64,000 nt of DNA from Octopus vulgaris (GCA_951406725.2 OX597816.1:127162001-127226000); one strand, 5' to 3'. Shown: positions 13,127 to 26,954, counted from the stretch's first letter. The notes: generated from the letters alone by a model not told the origin. Made by a program: numbers and translations.

Positions 13127-13699
13127 CGTTAAAAGGGAACAGAAATAACGATATAATCAAAACTAGTTAAAGGATACACCTTCAAAAATGGATTTGTTTC
13201 ATTGGTCATTTCAATTAACGGTCTTAAGCATGCAATGAACAATGTAAATGAATTCAATATAAAATTGAAGAAAACCTTAAATCAAAGAGTAGATTCAAAA
13301 TACATATTGTAAATAATTAATATATGAAATATAAGTCAATAAATACATTAAAATTAAAATTAAAATTTTCACACTGCATTGCATAAATATTTTACAACAG
13401 TATATACCCATACTAGACTATCCATAATATACATATATATATCAAAATACACAGATGCATACACATCGTTACATACATGTACAGGCATATATATGTAAGA
13501 CACAAATATACACACAAATACACATATTCACATATACATATATGCATGCAAACATGCACGCACATAAAAATCTCTTGGTGTATACATATAAAGTTAGTTA
13601 TAACAGACAAGAGAGATAGGAAGTATATCTTAAACGTAGGAAGGGGGAAAGAAAAAGAAAATAAGAAGAACCCTAAGCATAACATTTAGCGAAAGAAAG

Positions 13700-13851
13700 A
13701 GGGAAGTAAGGGAGAAGGAGAAGAGGAATGCATTGTTTAAGGATGGTATCACAGTAACGAATAAGGAGAGAAAGGATACTATGTGTAAGGAAAGAAAAAA
13801 AGAGAGATAGGTGATGGAATATGTGTAACAAACGTATACATAAAATAAAAT

Positions 13852-13928
<77 letters not shown>

Positions 13929-14133
13929 GTAATTTTATATTTATATGCTAATATATACTTATGTATATATATATATATGTATGTATGTAATTTTATTTTA
14001 TGTGTACGTTTATTACACATATTCCCTCACCTGTCTTTTTTTTCCTTATGCGTAGTATCCTTTCTCTCCCCATTCGTTACTTTGATAGCATCCTTAAACA
14101 ATGCATTCCTCTTCTCATTCCCCCTACTTCCCT
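13700..14133. repeat. Inverted repeat, ~165-bp arms around a TA/CA microsatellite spacer
   Basis: gggaagtaagggagaagg...gaggaatgcattgtttaaggatg...aaaataaaattatatac is the reverse complement of 13975-14133, with mismatches. Confidence 0.85.
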
Positions 14134-14280
14134 TATATATATATATATACGAGAGAGAGAGAGGGCTATAATCCAAGTTGTGTCTTAATGAAGCACATCT
14201 GCATGGTCTAATTCTCCAAAGTATATCCTTAGACGTCATGACCTATATGAGAGTCAAAAATGTTAGAGGATACTGTTAAA

Positions 14281-14561
14281 TAGTGGTGGACTGGGTCTAA
14301 AAATATTGGTTGCCAAGAGAGTAAGGTGGCTCACCTGCAACTACAATGCTATCATTTCATTTTTTTTTTCTTTTGTTAAAAGTATTCTTTCCAACTGTCT
14401 ACAAACAGAGCCAGGCTGAAATAACTAATGCATTCTTCCAGGAGTGAATAAAAAATGTGCCCCTTAGATACTAACATGGGTTCCCATATAAGGATTCTAA
14501 TGGGGCAGGAAGGAACCCACTTGCCATCAGGCAAGCTGGCAACCTGGCCAGTCTGCCACTG
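14281..14561. mobile_element. hAT-type MITE, copy 2
   Basis: 8-bp TSD ctgttaaa at 14273-14280 and 14562-14569. TIRs tagtggtggactgg / ccagtctgccactg. Confidence 0.88.
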
Positions 14562-14783
14562 CTGTTAAATACTAGAATATGTTATATGTATGTGTGTATG
14601 TGCATGGATGCATGTTTCTTACATTTCTCAGAAAGCTGAAATTGGTATTCTTGACAACTTCATACCCACAACTTCCTCTTTTTGAAAATGTGTGAAATAA
14701 TTAGAAAAAGAAATGTGGGTTAGTATGAGGAAGAGCAAATATGGAAAAAATGGACTGACCTGAAAGAAAGATTGAATATATAT

Positions 14784-14812
<29 letters not shown>

Positions 14813-14814
<2 letters not shown>

Positions 14815-15213
14815 CTCTTTTACTCTTTTACTTGTTTCAGTCATTTGACTGTGGCCATGCTGGAGCACCGCCTTTAGTCAAGCAAATCGCCCCCAGGACT
14901 TAATTCTTCATAAGCCTAGTACTTATTATATCGGTCTCTTTTGCTGAACTGCTAAGTTACGGGGACACAAACACACCAGCATTGGTTGTCAAGCGATGTT
15001 GGTGGGGACAAACACAGACACACACACACATATATATGTATACATATACACGACAGGCTTCTTTCAGTTTCTGTCTACTAAATCCACTCACAAGGCTTTG
15101 GTCAACCCGAGGCTATAGTAGAGGACACTTGCCCAAGGTGCCACGCAGTGGGACTGAACCTGGAACCATGTGGTTGGTAAGCAAGCTACTTACCACACAG
15201 CCACTCCTGCACC
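14813..15213 (-). mobile_element. SINE family A
   Basis: Full-length reverse-complement homolog of 12040-12430. Confidence 0.85.
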
Positions 15214-15959
15214 TATATATATATATATATATATAAATGTAACCTGAACAATATTTCGAAAAGAAAAGTTTATTATTTAATCTCATATTTATATATGTGT
15301 GTATGAAATTGATAAATACAATTTACAATAAAAATTTGCAGTTTTATTTTGATTAAAATGCCAGCATCTTCAGAACAAAACCTTTTACTGCAGTTCACCT
15401 GCATTTAGCTTCTCTGACTGCCACTCACTCCATTTGTTGTTTTAGTTTACCTGTACAAGTGTGACAATCGAGACATGCATTTTATTTTTTATCAGCAAGA
15501 TATATGAAACATACAAGCACACACACACACATTTTGAATATATCCAGAAGCAACAATGTGTTTTAGAGGTTTTCCAATTAACAAATGTTATAAGCATAGA
15601 TATACTTTATGCCATGTTATTGACTGAGGCTGGAAGGCCATATAATTCATATGACAGATGGAAAAATTCTAAAGTGCTTACTCTACAGTATGTGTGCTCT
15701 GAGAGAAGAAACTCTTGCAAACCAAAGTTAAGCCATAAAGATTACATACAATCTGTGAAAGGCAACATTCATAAGAAAAGTGTGAAAGAAAGACGGAACT
15801 GATAAGGCATCAAGTGGTGGTAATAGTGGTGGTGGTGTCAAGCAGTGAGTTGGGGACAAACACAGACACAAAACACACAACACACACATACACACATGCA
15901 CATACACACATGTGCACATGCACATGCATACATGCACACAAACACACACATATATATCT

Positions 15960-16139
15960 AGGCGCAGGCATGGCTGTGTGGTAAGAAGCTTGCTTTCCAA
16001 CCCCATGGTTCCAGGTTCAGTCTCACAGCATGGCAACTTGGGTAAGTGATTTCTACTGTAACCTCAGGCCGACAAAAGCCTTGTGGGGTGGATCTGGTAG
16101 ACAGAAACTGAAAGATGTCTGTCGTGTATGAATGTGGAC

Positions 16140-16201
<62 letters not shown>

Positions 16202-16415
16202 TTATGTGTAAGTGTTTGTCCTCCCACCATCACTTGAAAACTGATGCTAGTGTGTTTATGTCCCCATAATTTTGTGGCTTGGCAAAAGAGACTGATAGAA
16301 TAAGTACTAGGATTACAAGAGTAAGTCCTGGGGTCAATTTCCTTGGCTAAAACTCTTTAAGGCACTGCTCCACCATGGTCACAGTTAAATGACCAAAAGA
16401 AGTAAAAGAATAAAA

Positions 16416-16420
<5 letters not shown>
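15960..16420 (+). mobile_element. SINE family A
   Basis: ggcgcaggcatggctgtgtggtaag head and (AAAAGAAT)n tail. Confidence 0.85.
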
Positions 16421-16453
<33 letters not shown>

Positions 16454-17569
16454 TGAGCTTATTTCAGTTTCCATCTACCAAGGCTTTGGTCAGCCTGAGT
16501 CTATAGGAGAAGCCACCGAAGGTACAATGCAGTGGGACTGAACCCAGAACCAATAATCTTTTCAAATGTTCAACTCATGATTTAACTTGACTTTCTAAAG
16601 TTGTTAACCACTTGTTAGCCACTAAGGATTACATGAACCAAAGCAAGCCAATATCAGATCATCATTATCTGAGAAAACCTGTCTTCCATCTCTTTATTGG
16701 TGATCAGAAGAGTAATCATTTGCAGACAATGACAATCATCATGATTTTGTATTGCATGTAACTGAGAAGATACATTTATGTGATAGCTGTGATATAAGCT
16801 ACTAACCATCAATTGAGCTCAGAAGCCATCACTGCTTTGAAGCTCATTAACAAGCAAGGAGCATGTTTATTATTGGACCAACTGCAGTCATGTATATTTA
16901 TAAGTGAAAAACAAATGACAAATAGAGCATCAGTGACTAGGTTGTAGGCATACAACAATTGACTTTGTACATATTAATATATATTATCATATCATCAATA
17001 CACATTCTTCAAATGGTAAAAAAACAATAATTCAAATTTCTTTGTTTATTGAAAAAGAACATAAAACGTGCTGTTCTTTTTTGTATAAGATATGCTTTTC
17101 TATATAATGTACATCACTAATTATGAGATAAGAAAATCTCATATATAGTACATAGTTTTTTTTTGTGTTATATAAGAAAAGAAGTGCTTAGTAAGATTTT
17201 TTATACAGCTGTCTAACATACACTGAAAAAGTTAAAGCATCCACAAAACAATAAGTAAATTTGGAAGTGATCTTTGAACTTCACTGGTGTCAGCTGTAAA
17301 GTGTTATTATCATAAAAGTTAACCGGAGAAAAGCCAACTTACATAGAATCTTATAAAATGTGTAACTCGGCATGTAAATACTGTTATATATGTACTTCCA
17401 TTATGGAATGTTTAGGGTTTTGTTTGTCTTTTTTTTTTCAGTACAAATGTATATAGTGTCACTTTATTATAATAATTATAGTATTTCAGAAACAATAGTA
17501 TTTATTTTTCAGTTTATATATGCATTTTGTTAATGATGGTATCCTTAATGAAAATTTATTAATTTAATT

Positions 17570-17754
17570 TGTGCTGGTGGCACGTAAAAAACACCCACTA
17601 CACTCACGGAGTGGTTGGCGTTAGGAAGGGCATCCAGCCGTAGAAACACTGCCAGATCTGACTGGGCCTGACGAAGCCTTCCAGCTTCACAGACCCCAGT
17701 TGAACCGTCCAACCCATGCTAGCATGGAAAGCGGACGCTAAATGATGATGATGA
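17570..17754 (+). mobile_element. 5'-truncated RTE 3' end
   Basis: ggtggcacgtaaaaaacaccc...gcatggaaagcggacgctaaatgatgatgatga. Confidence 0.8.
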
Positions 17755-17936
17755 ATCTACACGTTAAATAATTCAGTTATTATTTTCAATACTGTAAATA
17801 TTATTTTATAAACTTTTGCACTGAAGATTGATGGCAGTATATCCACATGCTACATTTCTGCCAGTTATTATTATAATAGAAAACGTATTGTTATTACCAT
17901 TACATATCAGTTAGCTTGAACAGTAGATGTACTTAC

Positions 17937-17978
17937 CTTACTTCCATCATGCCATCCAGAATATGTTGAAACACTTGA
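17937..17978 (-). CDS. Candidate isolated 42-nt exon, product unknown
   Basis: Minus strand: actaattgctacttacgttttcatAG|tcaagtg...gaagtaag|GTAAGT. Length is a multiple of 3 and two frames are open (SSVSTYSGWHDGSK or QVFQHILDGMMEV). Confidence 0.3.
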
Positions 17979-19621
17979 CTATGAAAACGTAAGTAGCAAT
18001 TAGTTCTCAAATAGGCTGATTGCCTTTCATAATTAGGTTAAAATATCTGATAAGCAGTGTATTATACATGACTAAATATGATGTATCATTGCAAATGACA
18101 CTATTGCTTTTTAACTTGAAATGACAAAATTTAGGAAACTTCAGTAAACAGAAGAACAAAGTTGATTCTTAAAAAATATTTCTAAATGATTAATCTCAAA
18201 TAACCAAAAGTTTCAAAATTATTTACACAATGTTAACAATAAATATCTTTAACTATGTTTAAAAGAAGAAAGTGTTTACTTATATATTAATTACAGCAAC
18301 TAAAAGTTCTCTCTAATGAATACAATTCAAACCTAAAAATTTTCATGAACTTCATTTTTCATTTATCTTCTTGTGAAAGTCAAAATCAGATTTTATAGCA
18401 GGATCAAGTGAAATTTATTAAAAATCAATATATGTGCATCAACAACATACATATAAATAAAGTTAAACTACAGCCTAATTCTCTCACCTATTAATATTTT
18501 ACAGTATATTTATAAAGAGAATGAAAGAGGAGAGACAGAGATGTGAGGAAACTTTGCATATTTGTGATCAATGAGTTGCAAAATGTTTTCATAAAATTCC
18601 AAAAGCTGGTCATGTGAAAAATTAGAGTTGCCTTTAGAAAACAATGTTGATTTAAAAGAAGAAAAGAAAAATACCCAAATTTTTCCCTTTAAATACAATT
18701 TTACTAAATATATTTTGCATCAGTCATTTACAATTTGATAACACTTAGCTTTGAATCGGATCATTAAATAATGAATTATTACACTTAAATAGATTTTCTA
18801 TTTTCCTTTATACCTCATGATCCCATAGTATTTCATACATACACACATCTACTTTCCCCCACTCTCTCTTTCTCTTTCACTCCCCCTCTCTCTCTCTTTT
18901 GTTCCTCTCTCTCTCTCTCTCTCTCTCTCAAAAACTCTTGCATGCATACACTTTAGCATACTTTTTAGAAAAATATTTTGGGGGATTATTACAGCATTTC
19001 CATTTTTTGTCTTTTTTTTTACTTGAGCACAATATTTTTAGGATTTAAATTTCAGAAAATATTTTTATTTCTCTCTTTTATCAAATGTTTATAGTTTTTG
19101 AAAGAATAATCATTCAAAGTATTATACCCATTTTTTTTTAAAGGGTATAAAAAAAAAATCAAGAGTCATCATCCAAACATTGTAATGTTAATCTATGTAT
19201 AATTGAATATTTCAATATTAATGACACTTTCATCTATTTCAAAATAACTTCTCAGGAAATGAAAAACATGAAACAAATGTTTCTTTCTCTAGTTGATGCT
19301 GAGGACTCTTAATCTTGTAAGGTAGCATCCCTAGTTTCAGCAACACTCTAAAAATACTCTATCCAGCCTAGTGTAGCTTTCCATAAAATGACTGACAATT
19401 AGCATGAAACACAACATATTGTAAAATATTGTGCATTAATGTAATTATCATATGTAATGTCAGTTCTGCATTTAGGAGCAAAGGTATCAAAGGTGTACAT
19501 TATCTTCACAATCATCAATCAAGCAGTCCCTCTGTCAACAGCAGTAACTTTGTTTCAAGTTCTAAATTTCAAGTCAACTACTATTAATATTAGTCCAATG
19601 AAAGATAAATTTAATGAGAAA

Positions 19622-20235
19622 TATCAGATCATGAAGAATGAAATGTCCGATTTTGAATTGAAAGCTTATTTTATCTTAAGAAAAAGCAATGCAGTTAATC
19701 AAAGTATATACATAAATTATCAACACAATTTTGCCATTTTATCAGGAGTTTATTTATGCCAGCAGCAAAGAATTCTGGAGAGCAAGAGGTGATGAAATTA
19801 TGAAAGGCTGTTTTTTTGCATCTTCTTCAGATTTGAAGTTTTTTCCTTGCAAAAAGTTGTCTAATGCCTGAAAAACATGATACTCAGATGGTGCAAGGTC
19901 TGGTGAATGTGGTGAAAGACAGCGTACTTCCATGTTCTGTTCCTGTAACTTGAGTAGCTTTCTTTGTGCAACATGTAGTTGAGCATTGTCTTGCAAGAGA
20001 ATTGGCCTGTCTCAATTGACCAATCTCGGTTGTTTAAATGCAAGTTCACTCATCATACCATCCAATTGATTGATGTATACATGAAACTGTAGTGGATGAT
20101 ACCAGCACTAGACCATCAAACAGACACCATTAGCTTTTTTTGGTGAATATTCCTTTTTGGATTGTGTTTTGACACTTTGTTTCTATCTAACCACAGTGCA
20201 GAATGCTTGTCTGAACAACCAAGAATGGATCTCTT
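19622..20235 (-). mobile_element. Mariner transposase 3' relic
   Basis: ORF 19754-19996 contains QDNAQLH...PHSPDLAPSEYHVFQALDNFL. Probable TIR remnant at ~19622. Confidence 0.85.
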
Positions 20236-21209
20236 CACTAAGTTGGGTCATGGTATATGTATACACTGCAAGAATATCAAGTGCAAATGCTTCTGCACAG
20301 ACTTTGATGTTCATCTGATATTGTTTGGGTGAGCAAATTAGATTGACCTAACAAGGTACTTCAATTTAAGTACCTAATTCAACTGAATCTTAATTATATA
20401 TATATATGTATATATGTATGTATAAATGACAGGCTTCTTTCAGTTTCTATATGCTAAGTCCACTCATGAGGCTATGGTAGGATTGAGACTACAGTAGAAA
20501 ACATTTGCCTGAGGTACCATGCAGTGGGACTAAACCTGGAACCATGTGGTTGAGTGTTTCCTAACATAGCCTTTGTTAGATCAAAAAACATAACCTTTGT
20601 TATAACCATCTCTTTGTGAGTGGAGTATTTTAAATGGAAACTGTGAAGGAACTTGTCCTATATATGTGTGTATATATGTATGTAAATACGTACATTCTCA
20701 CTTACATATATGTATTCAAAGATAGATATTGGTTAGGCCAATCAGAGGACTAATATAGTAGAAATTTCACCATGTGTAACCAGTTCTTTAGATATTATCT
20801 CAACTGAATTGACTTGTCAGAAGAACAGGCTATGTACCATAGGAAGTCTGTAGTAATAGGTCACAGAACCAGCCTGAGTAAACCCCAATCAAGGAGTAAG
20901 TAGATGAAGTTATTGACATTGTTATTTTTCTTTAGCTCCAAGTCACTATTTTTTGTGTATTAAGAACTACATTATCCAAAGTGTTCATCCTTTTTTAATG
21001 ATGATGGGTAAAATTCATTTGCTATTTCATGCAGGTCAAGAACAATGCTGAGGCTCCCTTGTTGGCTCATAAATGATTACTAGTTTCCTTGACATGACAG
21101 GCAAAGAAAATTACCACTATGATATTGAATATAAGAGCTAGAATAATTAAGCTCTGACTGGTAATGGGCAATATAATAGCACCTGTGATCTCTACTAATT
21201 CCCCATGAG

Positions 21210-21505
21210 TAGGCTTGATGGATGAGGAGATTTATGGAGTGCTTGGGCAAGTTGTCTCAATAATTGATAGCAGTGATATTATTATTGACAATGATTTTAA
21301 TTTAAGGAAATATTGGATGGAAGCAATATTCTGTATGGAGGCTATTGTCATGGTACAAGACATGGAAAATGATAAAGATTTCAGGAATTTTGAATGCAAA
21401 TGATGTATGAAGTTGTAACACAAAGTTCAGCAAGCCAGCCTCTAAAGCAGTCACCTACCTTTCAGGTGAACATGACAGCCAGATTGATTTTGTGTTTAAT
21501 AGAGA
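21210..21505 (+). mobile_element. RTE APE-endonuclease relic
   Basis: DEEIYGVLGQVVS...IIDNDFN and NTKFSKPASKAVTYLSGEHDSQIDFV resemble the APE GDFN and TY.SG...SQIDY motifs. Confidence 0.65.
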
Positions 21506-22254
21506 AAAAATGGAGATTGCTGGAGAAACCGATCATGTCATTCTAAAACACTATGAGTATATGCTCTGTGGGAAATTCACTTTGGTACAGTTTAACAGGT
21601 AGTTAGATGGACAAAATACAATAGGAGAAAGCTATGAATCTTCTAGAGCTGTTAGGTAAGACTACCAAGCAGCACTGGGTAAGATTTATACTATAAGGAG
21701 GTGAGAGAAAACTATGACACAGATGGCAACTGAAGTCTTAATAAACCAACGGTTACAAGCCATTAGACTATTTTGTAAATGGAGTAGGATTTGAGTCAAT
21801 CATTACAGTTGTGAGATAGTACAGTAGACATGACTAGAAGAGCTAAAATATAAGCATTGAAGGGATGGATGATAGCATGACACCAAGTATATCTAGTATG
21901 ATGAAAAGCTGAAGCAAAGCGGTTTGCAAAGGTTTTATACTATGAGCATTAGAAGGATAAACTCAGATAGCAAAGCATTCTATTCTTATGTTGCCAAATG
22001 TGATTTATGTGTATGTGTGTGTGTGTTTAAAATAACACTTCTACTTTCTCCTTACTGATAGTAAAAATAAAGGAACATAAAAGCAGGGTTTAAATATTAG
22101 ACTCTGTCATTACAGCATTGAATATCAAAAGACTGATGAGACTATTGATGTTTGAAATGATAAAAACCACATGACTGAATACTGTAATACTGAAAGATCA
22201 GATCTCTAAATTTTGAAATATTATTTAGGAAAATAAAAAAAGCAGCAAGTTCAT

Positions 22255-22572
22255 TTCATCTGCAGGGAAGGCGATGGCATGTTTTTGGGGATACAAAAGG
22301 CATTGTGTTTATTGACTATCTTCAAAAGGGTCATAGTTCTATGCCAACTTGCAGTCACAAAAGGCTAACATGACCAAACTGCCAGCAAAACTGACGAAAG
22401 GGGTCTTGCTTCATCAGAACAATGCTCCAGCATACAAGTCCTTGGTTTCAATGGCTGCTGTGCATCACTGTGATTTTGAACTGGTTGATCACCATCCCTA
22501 TTCTCCTGAAGTGGCCCCATCTAACTATCATCTGTTTTCCAGCATGAAGTAACACTAGGCTGGGAACCAGTC
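22255..22572 (+). mobile_element. Mariner transposase relic
   Basis: LLHQNNAPAYKS...HHPYSPEVAPSNYHLF. Confidence 0.85.
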
Positions 22573-22574
22573 AG

Positions 22575-23900
22575 ATGATGAAAGTCATAGAAAGGGTCAT
22601 AGCTCAATTAATTAGGAAGAGAGTTAGTGTAGATGAAATGCAGTTCGGATTTGTGCTAGGCAGGAGCATGACTGATGCTATATTCCTGATTAGGCAACTG
22701 CAGGAGAAATATCTATACAAAACTAAACCCTTGTTCCTGGCTGTTGTTGTCATAGAGAAAGCCTTTGACAGAATCTCTTACTCCTTTATCTGGTGGTCAA
22801 TGCAGAAGCTGGGGATAGATAAGTGGCTAGTGAGAGTTGTACAAGCCTTGTACAGGAATGTTGTCAGTAAGGTGAAGGTTGGCAACGTGTATAGCGACGA
22901 ATTTAGGGGTTCACGAAGGATCAGTTCTCAGCCCTGCTCATTCATCATAGTCCTCCAGGCAATAACAGAGGAATTTAAGATGGGCTGCCCCTGGGAACTC
23001 CTTTATACTGATGACCTTGTTCTTATAGCTGAATCACTGCCAGAACTAGAGAAGAAATTTCGGTTGTGGAAGCAAGGTCTAGAATCAAAGGGCCTTAGAG
23101 TTAATCTTGCAAAAGCGAAAGTCTTAGTAACTATGAGAGCAGACAAATCGCAAATCCCTTCAGGCAGATGGTCCGTCTCAATACGTGGAAAAGGCATAGG
23201 TAAAAACTCCATAAGATGTATTTAGTGTAAGCTATGGACACATGAGATGTGCAGCAATATCAGAGGAAGGTTTACAGGGAAAATAGATTTTGTGTGTGGA
23301 AGGTGCACAGGTATAATTAACACTAAAAGTGTACAGAAAATAGACACCATCAAATACCAGAGGGGAAAACCAGAAGTAGTTGATAGCTTCCATTACTTAG
23401 GTGACCAAGTCAGTAGGGGTGGATGCTCTGAGAGCATAGCTGCTAGAATAAGAATAGGCTGGGCAAAGTTCAGAGAATTCCTACCTCTGTTGGTAACAAA
23501 AGGCCTCTCTCTCAAAGAGTAAGACAGATTTTTATGATGCCTGTATGTGAACAGCTATACCACATGGCACTGAAACATGGACTATTGCAGCTGAGGACAT
23601 GTGTAGGCTTGAAAGAAATAAAACCAGTATGCTTCGCTGGATGTGTAATGTCAGTGTACATATGCAACAGAGTGTAAGCATCTTGAGAGAAAAGTTGGGC
23701 ATTAGAGGCATCAGATGTGGTGTGCAAAAGCGACAACTGCACTTGTACAGTCATGTGATGCTTATTGACAAGGACAGCTGAAGAAGTGCCGAACTCTAAT
23801 GGTGTGGGGAACCTGTGGAAGAGATAAACCCAGGAAGACATGTGACAAGGTGGTGAAGCATGATCTTCGAACATTGGGCTTCATGGAGGCAAAGACAAGT
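22575..23900 (+). mobile_element. RTE LINE reverse-transcriptase relic (frameshifted)
   Basis: QFGFVLGRSMTDAIFLIRQLQEK, IEKAFDRI, LLYTDDLVLIA, FHYLGDQ and LREKLGIRGIRCGVQ across ORFs at 22575, 23247 and 23599. Confidence 0.93.
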
Positions 23901-23974
23901 GTCTAACTGCATTTTTACTCTTATATTTTTAATTTTGACATTTACCAACTTTCTCTTTGTTATGTTACCATTTT

Positions 23975-25291
23975 CTTTTCATGACATACCATTTATTCTT
24001 TTTTCTTTGTTCCAACATTTTATCATCTTGGCTTTATAGTGCACTTTTACATGTCCAAATTTTCCCCAATGGAAGCATTCCGCTTTCTTAAATGGACAGT
24101 GTTTCCCCAGGTGTAGATCACCACATCCAAAACATGGGGTTTTTTCCTGATTCTTGTCCTGTTTGTACTGTATTTTAGTACACACTTGATTTCTGTTCTG
24201 CCTATTTCACACTTGTTCCACTGGGGAGAAATCTTTATGTTCAATTTTCTCTGTGACCTGTCTTAAATTTATTATTCTTTCACACTCTTCCGACACTTGT
24301 TGTAAGGTTATAGCTTGGTTTTGTTCCAGCTTAGCGACAATTCTTGTTCTTACTTCTGCGTCTTTCTCTGCAGTTAGTCCCTGAGTAAATATCAGGCGTC
24401 AATTCGTCCAGCTTGAATTTTTCACATTCCCTGTTAACTCTACCAGCATATATGATGCAGTCCTCCGTGTTGTTCTTTTCTAGGTTCAAACATTTTCAAC
24501 GTGTATTTAGCAATGAGATTTTCTCACTAAAAAATTTTCACAATATGTCTATTGTATCTTGAAAATTTATGTCAGAAGGTTCTTTCTGGGGGTACGTAAT
24601 TGCTGTAACATTCATGTTCTCCCGCTACCAGTTTTCGTAAGATTAAACGTGTTTTCATATCATCATCTTAAACTTTGCACTCTTTATTGAAAATTTGTTT
24701 GTATCTTCTGTAAGCCTTGAAGGTAACTCCTTCGTCTGGTTCGTACTTAAACTCTGTTATCGAGTTCACAACATAATCTAGTGAGAACATTTTTTCAGCA
24801 TTTCCTGACGACTTTCTATTCATTTATTGTAGCATTTGTTGTTGTAATAGTAATTGTTGTTGTTGCTTCTACTGTTGTTATTGCAGTTGTAGCTGCTGCT
24901 GCTGTTGTTGTTGTTGTTTCTGATGTGGTTCTTGCAGTTGTAGCTGCTATTGTTGTTGTTCTCTCGGTAGCCATTGTTGCTGTTTCTGCAACTTGAGCAA
25001 ACCGATCAACAAATTTTCCATAATTTTATGGTTTTTTCCACAAAATTTTCAGAAAAAATACTTTTGTGAGTTTGTTAATTCCTCGTCGCCACTGTAGCAA
25101 TTCTTAGTGTTGGATTATTGTAACTCCCACTCTGGTATAGCAGTAGAGTTAGTAAGACAAGACCACGATTATATATAACCGTCTACTTCGTACTCTCTCT
25201 TGACACTGACCGACGTCACATTATTTATAGTGACTATCACATACCACTCATCTCCTGGGAGGGGTGTACCATTATTACTATTATCTCCACA
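23975..25291 (-). mobile_element. Ty3/Gypsy LTR retrotransposon 5' remnant (LTR, PBS, decayed gag)
   Basis: TG...CA LTR at 25093-25291. PBS tggcgacgagg (reverse complement of 25081-25091). Poly-Q gag start, then zinc-knuckle-like CFGCGDLH...CPFKKAECFHWGKFGH. Confidence 0.85.
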
Positions 25292-26070
25292 ATAATTTGC
25301 AACAACATAAAAAGTTCAATGTTAAATGGATTCAGCAGACATTGAGAATTCAGATTAGAATGTCTGCATGAGAGAGAAGAGGTGAGAGTTGATTTGCACT
25401 ATGCATACTGACGACATACAAATATTCAGCTCTAATTTTAAGAGCTGTAAACTGAACCTTTTATAGTTTCACTGTCTCCAAAATAGGCTCTAATAAGCTC
25501 TTTTTTAAGCATATTTGATTAGTTAAATTGAGCATCAATTTAAACCAACATCATACTCATATTTTATGACTATGAATAACTGCTTTCGAGAATTCCAGTA
25601 ATTGAAATATATTTAGAAAACGATGTAAAATCTAGTATTATCATTTTGCCTATTATAAAATCTGAAGTTCTGCACATGTATTTTTATTGTTAGGCAGTGT
25701 AATATATGTGTGTATGGGTGAGGAAAGCCATGATTTGTTTTGTTATATAAGTATGGTAGCCCACACTACCTCTATTCTTTAAATTCTTTCATTATTGGAT
25801 TTTTGTTCTTTCAATACAGACATAAAAATATACAAACGATCAAAATACAGGATTTTGAGAGAGAAAATTTTGAAATTAATCTTGCACATTTGTGTATCTC
25901 TCTTTGTTGTTTACAAATAACATACCGATATTAAAACTTTAGCTGACTATTGTTTTTGCTACAAGTGAATTTTAGTTATAAGTAAATGATTGCTAAGATT
26001 ATTAAAGTTGTATCTAATTTCTATAACGTGGTTTCTGTATATGTCACCTTACTATCGTACCCTAATACAG

Positions 26071-26340
26071 TGTGATATATAGTCCCACATAACGGGGTAG
26101 ACACCAATTGTCTCCACTTGATCTATTCCCAAATACTCTTCCAACAACTGTAACCAACTAACAACGAACTATAACAACTTCTCAACAATTTCCTGTAACT
26201 CCATAAACTCATGAACGACACCTTTCAACTTACTGTGAGTTCTCATCTCTTACTCTCAGTTAAAACACGCTGCTACTTATACGAGTTTGGCTAGTCCATT
26301 CTCACAGGGAGGGGTGTCATGGTCCTCACCATAATACTAT
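26071..26340. mobile_element. Possible solo LTR
   Basis: Starts TGTGAT and shares gggaggggtgt with the LTR at 25093-25291. The 3' boundary is unclear. Confidence 0.3.
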
Positions 26341-26905
26341 TAATGGCAAATATGTTGAAACAAGTCTAAGACACAAATGATTATTATATCCCTGAGTTTA
26401 TTGTAAATATAAAAGCAGTGAAATATGTTAGAAGAGCACCCATCACACACTGTAAAGTGGTTGGTGTTAGGAAGCGCATACACTCATAGAAACCAAACCA
26501 AATTAGACTGGAACTTGGTGCAGCTCCCTGGCTGCCAGCTTTGGTCAAACTGTCCAACATGGAAAAATAACATTGAATAATGATGATGATGAGAAGGAGG
26601 AGGAGAATGACGATGACGATTGTGTTAGAAGGAATAAGAACTCTATAAATAAATAACCATAAATACTTCTATCCAGTAGATTTCTTGTACATATTTTGGT
26701 GTCAATGTGCTTTGGTTAATATTGAAAAATAATCAAGAATAAGTGGTGATAAACATTACTTTTCAGTATGATGACTGCTTTCACCTCTTGTAGAGACTTT
26801 TCTAACTCCCTAATTTGCTTATTACAAGATCAGTAACTGTGTGTCACTTGTTTTCTAAATATTCCAAGATAGCATGAGCTAATGCTATCTCTAGTGGATG
26901 AGTAT

Positions 26906-26954
26906 CCACCACCGAGGATGACCACAAAGAGGTCAAAATAGTATAGTCTAGTGG
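26906..26954 (+). ncRNA. Degenerate hammerhead-like motif
   Basis: ccacca-CCGAGGA-t-gacc(acaaaga)ggtc-AAAA-tagtatag-TC-tagtgg. Stem II is intact; the core and stem III are mutated. Confidence 0.3.

Noticed and set aside
13413-14239. Cluster of YIYI/CVCV/THTH ORFs (also near 9103, 15958, 31742, 46418, 47035-47987 and 55706)
   Set aside because: These are translations of stop-free dinucleotide microsatellites.
22128-22165. CTGATGA...GAAA motif
   Set aside because: Stem II is weak and there is no convincing stem I/III or cleavage triplet.
24781-24996. Val/Ala-rich ORF resembling a membrane protein
   Set aside because: It is the antisense reading of the poly-Q gag tract.
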